Shown piece after piece: positions 54,301-64,000 of a stretch of DNA of 64,000 nt. The stretch is from positions 6,308,303 to 6,372,302 of the forward strand of contig CM082582.2 of the NCBI GenBank assembly GCA_040954595.2. The letters are read 5' to 3'. The notes below the pieces were generated by a model. It did no database searches. It had not been told where the DNA came from and saw only the letters and a list, made by a program, of their open reading frames with translations. Within the stretch, counting starts at the first letter, position 1. Each line of letters opens with the position of its first letter. The stretch comes from Balanoglossus misakiensis. Taxonomy: Eukaryota > Animalia > Hemichordata. The position numbers and the translations under genes are program-made.

Positions 54301-57300
54301 ATTCTGATGACCGTCGCCGCAGGAAGTGCTTACGTCATCAGGAAATGTGCACACAGACGCAGGAGCAGACGACGGTTGCGTTTGTCAATGATCTCCAACG
54401 ACGCCAAGAATTTCTACAGGCTGGTAAATCGAAAATATTCACACGCAATGGTTTATGTTAGCAAATAGTAAAGAAGCCATTTAGCGACGAGATTATGTTT
54501 TAACTTAATTTTAAAATGTAGTAAATACTAATTATAGCAACATTTCATAGGCACATTAGCATTGTGTGTGTGATATATCTCTTTGCCATGCACGGTTTTA
54601 ATTAATTTTCACCACCACAGTAGCAGTGTATGTCATATAAATTAATTTTCAAAATGATTGATAACAATCCCAGCGGTAACACTCGTATATTTCCCATTTT
54701 TGCAGTCTACAAGCGACCCCTCTTCTCCCCAAGGATATGACACATTATTCAGTGATAAGAGCAAACGAGGAGGTGTTTTCACTGATCACCATGACGCCTC
54801 AGACGCCTGGGAGTTTCCGCGTAACAGGTACATGCCAGGCGAAATTGATGATTTTCCGCTCATGGCGGGTTCTCGCGAGATTATGGTAATTAAGATGGTT
54901 TTCCGCTCACGGTGGGATCTCGCGAGATTATTTTAAATACCATAGCAGACTATTGCTGGTCACACGAGAATGGCCTCTAACATTTATTTTCACAATTTCT
55001 GCCGTTTTATGAGAGACGATTGTTGATTGCTTATTATGGCAGGTTGGTTCTTGGAGATGCTTTGGGAGAGGGTGCTTTCGGCAAAGTTCTGAAAGCAGAA
55101 GCCCACGGAATAATAACAAAGAACAAGACGACGACAGTCGCGGTGAAAACGCTGAAAGGTTGGTCGCTTGCTTTTAATATGAAACCATATATGCTTATCA
55201 AGTATAGGCTGCGAATTCCGGGTTTTAGGTGAACATGTTTTGTGTGTACCTCAATGGCACCAGAAGAAAATTACATTATTTAGAAAGTAAACTGAAAAAA
55301 TGATTATTACAGACAGAAGTTTGCCACACACGGCCATGTTAACACAAATTTTCCAAAAGACATGTAATGTCTCGGAATTATAAATGACATGCCCGCGCGA
55401 ACCTCACAAGCTCAATTAAGAAAGTTCGTTGACCAAACTGGTTAATTCATACCAATGAACCATGTCGCGGAAGTGGCTAATTACTAGTCCCTGGGTATAA
55501 CGTATTGACATTTTATTCACGTATTATAGCTCTCGCTACCGCCGACGAGATGAGAACGTTGACAGCAGAAATGGAGTACGTCAAGAAAGTTGGCAAACAC
55601 ATTAATATTATCAGTTTCCTTGGTTGCTGCACGATCGGAGGTATGGTAGATAGATATTACTTTATTGATAATACTTTATTTATTTCTGAATCGTAATAAA
55701 TGAGTTACTGTTCCTGCTAACGCGACTTCCGTATAGGATCGTAACTTTTTTTTAATGGGCAACATTTGGTGCCGCCGTGAAATATATGGGTGATAAAAGA
55801 CAGAAATTCAATGAAATGCAGTGAGTTGTAAATCTTTTTTGTATAGTTTTAATCACTCGTCATCTATAATTGCAAACCAAAAAACACTTTTCGCTCCTGC
55901 GCATACAGTAACTTATATTTATGTTAGAAATCGGCGCCTTTGTTTAAAATCTTCTAAGAAAATTCAACATTTTTCCAAAGAAAATTTTTGAAGCCGTCAT
56001 ATACAATTTTTAAATTTTCTGAATGTAGAAGCGATTTTTGTAAATGGTCTTAATGAATTGGTTATATCTCATCTTCTCGCAGGCCCAATGCTGTTGCTAT
56101 TTGAATACGCCTGTAACGGGAATCTGCGAGACTACATGCGCACCAGGCGACCTAACGGGGCAAATGTCTACGAGAACTTCGACGCAGGCAAAGAGCCGTA
56201 CGAAAACCTTGAGGCGGAGAGACTTATCCCGCTTACGCATAAAGATCTCATCTCATTCGCTTATCAAATCGCGCGCGGCATGGAATTCCTCGTGTCACGT
56301 AAGGTGAGATTTCACGTTATTCAGAAATGAGCTGTAAAATAAGTATACTGCCTGTAGTGACTATAGAATGGTCATGGCGTCTGAATAATGCAACGTAAAA
56401 CACTAGGTATGATGAGGTCGGATTCTTGTGAAGAGGATCGCCCTGTGCTAGCTTATTGTTGTTGCCCATAAAAGAATAAAGACCAAACCGCTTTTGCAGT
56501 TTTCTCCGAAATCCCAAGATGCAATCTGATACTCGTATATCCAGTTGCAAACGATGAAGACCCGCTACGACAAAACAAAAGCGCGTCTGCAAAGTCCCTA
56601 ACATTCTAGACGAACCCTATTTGAGAGAAGGAATTTACTGAGTATGGATATCGGTCTTTTCATCAGTCTAGTCTGATAAGAAACAGAGAGATTAGACAAA
56701 TTTTTCCCTGTTGACTCTGTTGATCAAAAATGATCGGTGGTCAGTTCACTCCTTCTGTGCATCTCAGACCGTTCTCATTTTACTTTCATTCATTATTTAT
56801 ACCTTCGTGTTCAAGTGCATCCACAGAGACCTTGCAACAAGGAACGTGTTAGTCGATGAAGACCACGTGGCGAAGATAGCAGATTTTGGTTTGGCCAGAA
56901 ATCTGCATTATGACAATTATTACAAGAAAAACTCTCAGGTAATGAGTTAATCTCTTGTTGAGGCCAACTTGCAACACGCAGGTGGGGGCTGAAATGTGTG
57001 GAGTTTCTATCACATGAGGTGATTCTTCTCCGTGTCGCTGACAAAACTACCTTTCTTGTAGTACCTCAACCATTTCTTTATATACGTATAGGTGATCTTT
57101 ACATAAAATCAAACCAAAAACGTTGACATTGACAATATATCAGACGGACTGTGATATAATCATGATGGCCTTTTTATCGTTTCACTTTCAGGGGAGGGTT
57201 CCTATAAAGTGGATGTCACCGGAAGCCTTGTTTGACAGAGTTTACACGACGAAGAGTGACGTATGGTCGTTCGGCGTTGTATTGTGGGAAATCATGACGC

Positions 57301-58117
57301 TGGGAGGGACGCCATATCCGAGCGTTGCTCTCGACGCCATGTTTGATTTCCTGAAATCCGGGAAGAGGATGAGTTGTCCCAGGGGGTGTCCGCCAAACAT
57401 GTAAGCATTTTATTTAAAGGGACATTAGCTGTAACATTTGGCAAATGCGATTTCTTGTTCTACCCCAAACAGCATGGATATACACAGTTCCCCCGCATAA
57501 CTTGTACACCTGGATTCCATAATCTCTCTCCCATTTTCATTTTTTGTTGCAGTTATGGCATCATGATGAAGTGCTGGGCAAACTCACCGAGTAACAGACC
57601 GGACTTTTCGGAGTTGGTCCCCCAACTCGACGATTTACTCTCGGCGTCGTCTACAGAGGTAACTTCCTTCGACAGGTTGGAGGTGTGGGGGGGGGGGGGC
57701 GATGAAGCCGATTAAAATCAGATGTAGAGTTGGCCCCGGATCTTAACATTTGCTGGTTCTGTGCTGTTCTGTTCTCGAGAAAAGAACAGCAAAGAACCAG
57801 TAAAAATCGAGCCCCACTCTACATCTGAATTGAATCTGATCGATGCTAGATTAACCTCTTCTGACACTTTGAGCTTTAACGGATATATGCTTTTTCATGC
57901 CGTCGGAAAATGCTGAATATATAAACAAGTTAGCATGTCTATATATCACATGACTCTCCCCTCTCTCTGCCTCCCCTCTCAGCCTATCGCTGCAGCTCAC
58001 ATCATAGTTTTTCTTTCGCTCCTTCAGGAATATTTAGCCTTGGAAATGCCAACAGAAGAAGGGTACATCACAGACGAAGATCCCCCACAAGAGACAGATC
58101 CTGCCGTCTCCGAGTGA
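51143..58117 (+). CDS. FGFR: Fibroblast growth factor receptor-like tyrosine kinase with two Ig domains (15 coding exons)
   Basis: Exons 51143-51239, 51521-51807, 52171-52300, 52966-53132, 53584-53670, 53771-53900, 54212-54423, 54706-54827, 55043-55158, 55530-55640, 56083-56303, 56816-56938, 57192-57400, 57553-57658 and 58028-58117, phase-consistent. Signal peptide, IgII (..[18 protein letters not shown]), IgIII (P.NQT..GSN..F.CRV; DSGLYTC..GWLTV), [64 protein letters not shown] and a C-terminal EEYLAL. Confidence 0.92.
51258..51327. repeat. (GA)n microsatellite in an FGFR intron
   Basis: About 35 units. Confidence 0.97.
57718..57828. repeat. Imperfect palindrome / small MITE in the last FGFR intron
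   Basis: Outer arms tcagatgtagagt...actctacatctga; inner arms ctggttctgtgctgttct...agaacagcaaagaaccag centred on ctcgag. Confidence 0.65.
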
Positions 58118-61100
58118 AATAAAAAAAACGTGCTTCATCTGGATCGTATAAATATTCTTGATGAAATGCCTTACTAGAAGTTCAAATCTACATTTATATT
58201 TTATAGATTCCAGTGATGGAGTTTGCTCAATTTAGCTTCAGAAATCCAAGACTTTTGTCGATCCGCCAGTATATGATTTTTACTATTAATTTCCTATGGG
58301 TATAACGAATAACAACTAGTCACAACGGTGATTTCACAGATTCCTGACGAAAAATCAAAACTTAGTTGGATCGCGAAACTTTGGGTTAAAGAAGTTAATT
58401 ATTTTAATTTTCTATTTTGAAATTAGATTGGTTTAAGAGTTGTAAAACTCGCTCATATATATTGTGTTATGCTCATTTCAATTTTGCTGAGTCATCGTAA
58501 AATGCGATGGAGCCACGTATAGGGAAAATTAATGAAAACATCTTTTTCCAAAGTAAGTTATTTGCGGTTACGCCAATTGTCACTTGATGACATCAACCAT
58601 TTTCCATCAAGACAAGGACCAAAACATAATATCTCTAAAAATCAAATTATCTCATCCTCAATACTTAAAACACATTGTCTTAAAAAGAATTCGAACAAAC
58701 CACCGACACAACGGCCATAGAAATACGTACAAAAGTAAAAAAAAAAAGAAATTTTCTAAATACGAAAGGGTCAAAATAAATGAGTGGGTGTTTTATGTTT
58801 CGTCATTTATGATGGGAGATGGGAGAATCGATCACAAAGACTAATTTGGATGGCTTTTGTTTAATTCTTATCATTGTTGTAGGAGTATTAATGGTCATTT
58901 ACACTTCCGTAGCCTTTCGCGGTTGCGCAAGCCACACCGCAGTTGATGCACAAAAACAGCCAAAGTCTATAGCTACTTTCATTCTCTTTAACTATTATGT
59001 TACATATTCATATAAAAGTGTACTTTGCAATGTAAAAAGTCATAAGTGAAAATAAAATCAATACGGGTTATCTTTGAATACTATCAATGAAAATATATTT
59101 TATTTTTTCATGACTTTGATTACACGTGGTACTTGTCATAGCTAATCCGTCATATATACGTGTGTCAGATTAAACTTTATACGCAGACTCCTTCCTCTTA
59201 TATTAATAGGAATACACGTAGTTCTGACTTCATGCTTAGATGACATACGTGTAACGACTGTATTTAATATTGAAAAAGCATGTTCAATTTTTCACCAATA
59301 ATAATGTGGATTGTACATAATTTATATGGGCTAAAATGGTATTTTGGGGAACCGAAAGGTTATATATATAACACATTTACAGAAAACACTACAATGTTAC
59401 AACTGTACACAGTTTTTATATAAATGTGTGTATTGGCTTTGTTCAGGAATGTTTTATCTATGTTATAATCAATAAATTAAAATAAAAACTAATGGAGAGT
59501 GTTATATGGTCTATGCCTAATGCTATAGGGTATATGCCGAAAGGATGAACGCGCTTTGTATTCCGTATCCTTACAATGAAGGAATTCCATTGAATTGTGT
59601 TTTCCGAGAATGCTTGACAGGACAAACATGTTATCTTTGGGTTTATTTCGAATATTTAATAACCTCCTTTGTAATCAGACGATAATACTTAGTAGTTATA
59701 TAGTACGAACGTGGTACATATGACTGAAAGATGCGTGGTTATGGTCAGGCCTAAAAAAACTCTCCGAAGATTTCAGCAGCTGTGGTTGGTGAAACTTTTT
59801 TGGTCAGGTTTTGTTAAAAAGTCCTTGCACGGAAAAACACTGAATCTTTCCATGGAAATTTGCATAAAATCTAGCCACCATTCCCTGCATGCACGAATAG
59901 CAGTGATCCCAAAAGACCCTACACTCTGTTGCATAGATTTCTGTGCAAACACTAAAGATATTCGACAATTTTCAGAACGGTTGATCACGCCTTGCGTTAC
60001 TCGCCGATGGCTATGTGTAAATATCGTCTAGTTGTCCCTGGCCTGTACTGCATTAATTCATGTATAGAAACTGTCTCTGTCTCACGGCCACACTTCCATT
60101 TAGATATAATGAAATGCTAGCATTTTACCACACACCGCCGGCGCATAGTGACGACAAAAAAAACAGCACACTGGCGTCGGAATGCCAGAGTTTGTATGAA
60201 TCGTTTGCAATAAAACGGTTAGTCTGCTATTCCATGCGGAAGCCTGTTTGCATAATGCGTCGCTGGGATATTTTTCACACACCGATGGGTTTCGCTTAGG
60301 ACGCACGTCCCATGGTTTGACAGCGTTTAACCAGGGACGATGAATTCAGGTGGGCTGTTCAACCAGTTTCCACAGTTTTACATGTGAGTTGGGAATCGCT
60401 TATGGCATTTGAAATAACATTTTTCAGTGTTTTACGGTTGGGGTGTAATTGCCGCGACACCCCAAGATGAGATGCTATACCTCAAAAAGACTGTAGCCCA
60501 AGTGAGAAAAGTCACTGAATGTTTAAAATCATCCAAGCAAGAGAAAATCTCACAATTGTCTTTGTGAACATGATGCGGCGCACTTTCTTTCGTGTGTGCC
60601 AAGCACTAAACATCTGTGATTGGCTGTACTGTATTTGAATTTCTGTGGAAGCACTTAGAAGTTTAATTTACATAGGTGAGCGTTTCTTTTAAAAAGGCCG
60701 CATAGGGAAAATTTGTGAATGGCTAAATCTCAACTCTCCAAAGTAATTGTGGTTACATTTGCATACGTGACCGTATGGCCGTATACCTTTAACCCCCCAC
60801 CCACCCCGAGAAACTAATGTTCTTTACACAATGTGAATATATAGGCACCGTATGGTTTGTCGACGTAAACTATATTTCTGTGCGTGCAATCATCATGCAA
60901 ATGGGCCGTGCAACAGCTTGCATCCCTGAAATGTATTTAGTTGTTTTTTAATCCCTCATTGTGATTTTCTCTGGCCTTCCATCGTCATGATACACGCTAG
61001 GTTGCGTGTGTGTCACCATATATGTACGTGGCTGTTTTTGTCGGCAGAAAATTTGACATGATTCACTGCAAATCGGTGATCTGATGTCACGGCTGGGAAT

Positions 61101-61317
61101 ATGAGCTTCAAGTCACTGTCATGGTAACATTCAGACTTCCTGTATATTTGGTCATCGCGGCCCGCTATTACAGAGTGCCCCACCACAAAAAAACGAGCAA
61201 TGATGACGCACTGATTTGTGGATATAATTTTCGACTAGAATGCCCGCTAGCCTGACCTACAGAATCGGATTCTGGACCGGATTTTTGTGAGGCCGATACG
61301 ACACGCCGCCGTCGACG

Positions 61318-62880
61318 ATGCTGGTGAAAAATGTCTTCCAGATTCTGATGACGGCGAACATTCTCGGACTTTTGTACCTGGTGTTCTACCCGCTGCCCCA
61401 GTACGACGACAAAAAGCCGCACCCGTACGAGAGACACGGCAAGCTGGTGCAGAGACGCCTCTGGCAAAACGTGCACGGTCTCGGTCACTATGCGCACAAT
61501 GCCAGCAGCTGGAACGGAACCCGTCACCTCAACGGTACGTACCGCGGCATGGAGCTCCACCCCATCGGGGTGAAGGCGCGCCCGCCGAAGTACAAGAAGA
61601 CGTCCCTGTCGCGACGGCGGGCCCCGCTGTTCAGCAGTATCAGCCAAATCTGCGTCAACCTCTCGCTGGGATCGGCAGACCCGGGCTTCGTCGATTTCAT
61701 TCGAGATATCAGGCGACGGAACATTGCTCCGGACGACGAGTTTTTACGCTTGACCGAAGACTGCGCGGAGTTCAAATCGCTGCGGGCGTACCACGCGAAA
61801 CCGCTGTCCGTGGAGGAGGAAGAATTTCCGCTGGCCTACGCGATCTACGTATACAAATCCGCTCATCAATTTGAACAGCTTTTGCGCAGTATCTACATGC
61901 CGCAAAACTACTACTGCGTCCATGTCGACAGAAAGTCGCCGAAGACCCTCCACGAAGCGGTCAGGTCGATAGGTAACTGTTTCGACAACGTTTTCGTGAT
62001 ACAAGACCCGACCGCCGTCGTCTATCGCTCCATCGGCCTCCTTCGCGCCGAAATGAAATGCTTGAGATTGCTATCGAAGATAGAAGGGTGGAAATATTAT
62101 CTGAATTTGGCGGGCCAGGAATTCCCACTGCGCACAAACCTAGAGATTGTGAGAGCATTACATACACTCAACGGCAAGAACGATATCTTCAGCATACCTC
62201 AAGTTCTTCCCTTTCGACAAGAATTTCTCCACGTTGCTGATAACGGGTTTTTAAACATGACAGGGGAGCGGCGCTCTTCGATACCACCGGCGAATCTGAC
62301 GCTGTATTACGGGGAGGCTCACGCCATCCTCGGCAGGGAGTTCGTCAACTTTGTCCTCGAAGACGAAAGAGCCCGTATGTTGCTGACCTGGCTAGATGGG
62401 ACGGACACCCCCGAGGAACACTTCTACTCGACTCTAAACAGGCTGCCGGACGCCCCCGGTGGGTGTGCGCACCACAGCCAGTCTATTGCGCGGGCGAAAC
62501 TGTGGGAGGACGGAAAGAGCGAGGAGGGCAGAAACGTTCGCTGTCACAGTAAATACGTGCACGATATCTGCATCCTTACAACGGGGGATTTAACCTGGTT
62601 GGTGCGCCAGCCGTTCTTCTTCGCCAACAAGTTCCACGTGATGCACGACCCGCTCGTGATAGACTGCCTGCAAGAGATCGTCGGATACAGGACGCTGAAT
62701 CCGTTGTCCGTGGACATGAAACCGTACGGCGAATTCGGTTCCTCGAGGTCCATAGGTGATTGTCTGAACACGGCCATTGCTTTCAGACCGAAGTCGCTTT
62801 TTGAGATTTCTCGCTGCGCCCTCGAGTACAGTTACAGCCACTTTCGTAACACTGTAGAACAGATGATACAACACACATAA
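61318..62880 (+). CDS. Beta-1,6-N-acetylglucosaminyltransferase (core-2/I-branching, CAZy GT14, GCNT-like), type II membrane protein, intronless CDS
   Basis: N-terminal TM, then LSVEEEEFPLAY, LLRSIYMPQNYYCVHVDRKS, WKYYLNLAGQEFPLRTNLEIV, PEEHFYSTLNR and FANKF, which are GCNT hallmarks. The paralog cannot be assigned. Confidence 0.93.
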   Translation: MLVKNVFQILMTANILGLLYLVFYPLPQYDDKKPHPYERHGKLVQRRLWQNVHGLGHYAHNASSWNGTRHLNGTYRGMELHPIGVKARPPKYKKTSLSRRRAPLFSSISQICVNLSLGSADPGFVDFIRDIRRRNIAPDDEFLRLTEDCAEFKSLRAYHAKPLSVEEEEFPLAYAIYVYKSAHQFEQLLRSIYMPQNYYCVHVDRKSPKTLHEAVRSIGNCFDNVFVIQDPTAVVYRSIGLLRAEMKCLRLLSKIEGWKYYLNLAGQEFPLRTNLEIVRALHTLNGKNDIFSIPQVLPFRQEFLHVADNGFLNMTGERRSSIPPANLTLYYGEAHAILGREFVNFVLEDERARMLLTWLDGTDTPEEHFYSTLNRLPDAPGGCAHHSQSIARAKLWEDGKSEEGRNVRCHSKYVHDICILTTGDLTWLVRQPFFFANKFHVMHDPLVIDCLQEIVGYRTLNPLSVDMKPYGEFGSSRSIGDCLNTAIAFRPKSLFEISRCALEYSYSHFRNTVEQMIQHT

Positions 62881-64000
62881 CAGTAAGCAGAAGGTTGTTC
62901 ACTTTTGTTGGTTCACACAGAGCGATGTCATTTTTTGTCTTGCGTAAACAGGCTTGAGTTCATGATTAGAAATTTCAAGGAGCTTGTGGGAACCAACGTG
63001 TTCACAAAGCATGCTTATATCCTTGAACATACTATGATGACAATTTTTCTGTGGTGCTTCGTCCATTTTTGCCAGATTGACGTGTTTTTCTTAAAACACG
63101 TTTTCGCTGCCTCCACATTAACTTACATGTACGCCTGTATATAGATATTCAAAAAATAAACTACTGTCGACAGTAATAACGTTTGGTGTCACTTTATATG
63201 CTCGTATTAACTCAGTAGTAATCAGTCTTTCCAAAATTAGAGACGTCGATACATTAAAATAATATTTCCAAGATTAGCCCAATCGTCGATCAGTTGACGC
63301 CATCATAAACATAATGCATTTTGCAAGCTAAACGATGGCCAGAGTACTTACTAGTATCTTCCATTTCCCACAATGCTTCACGTTGAAGCGAATGCGCCAG
63401 AAGAATCTTTCTGACATGCGCAAATTACCGAACGCTGATTGGTTAGAAGTTGAATCATGTGACGTCATTTCTGCGTTCATTGCGAAGCGCACAAAGAATG
63501 TTTGGTTACCCACGCTACCAAAGTTCTATTATTCTGTGCCAAGCGATCGAAGCCGATTACTGTGAGCGAAGAAATATAGCTTACTTTCGGGTTATTTTTA
63601 GTTGAATTCACCAATCAAAGTTTGACGACAATGGGAAACAGGCATTCTAACAAGTCTCTTGATAGCACCAAGATCGATAGTTGGTAGGTCTCTTTAGATT
63701 TTGTCTATTTTTTCATTATTTAGAGTTACATATATTTGGCCCCGCTAGAACGATTTAGGCCTATAGTTCTGTATAAAACAAGCATTGATATTACAGCTGT
63801 ATGTGTTACGGGTTTATTTCCAGTGATGGACGCAGTGGAGAAGTGAAAAACCCAACAGAAGAGTTAATCCAAACATGGGAGACATTTTCTCAACAAGTGA
63901 AGGCCACGCGTGCCAAGAAAACGCGCCGATCTGTTTTCAGGAGACGCAAAGCCAAGGCCGATAAATGCACTCCCTCCCAGGATGAATCGGGTGACGACAT

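Noticed and set aside
63328-64000. Possible promoter (ATTGG, TGACGTCA) and start of a further gene at the window end
   Set aside because: No supportable coding exon within the window.

Overview
AT-rich, intron-containing eukaryotic DNA from an animal genome. Gene content and repeat style suggest a marine invertebrate deuterostome such as a hemichordate (inference only). Most short ORFs in the supplied track are spurious, so genes were assembled by hand from GT-AG exons. From left to right: the 3' end of an unidentified membrane-protein gene (+); an intronless 535-aa ORF whose N- and C-terminal motifs match C16orf46 (+); a probable decayed multi-exon gene (-); ATMIN/ASCIZ (-); RPP40 (+); CENPN (-); CMC2 (+, absent from the ORF track); about 23 kb of gene-free DNA with MITEs, a candidate solo LTR and microsatellites; a 15-exon two-Ig FGFR-like kinase (+); and an intronless GT14 core-2/I-branching GlcNAc transferase (+). 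The main highlights are an apparently ancestral CMC2-CENPN-RPP40-ATMIN-C16orf46 block, an FGFR lacking Ig-I and the acid box but carrying an extra cassette exon in Ig-III, and an ATMIN tail with about 18 TQT LC8-binding motifs. All homology calls are from recalled sequences, not database searches.
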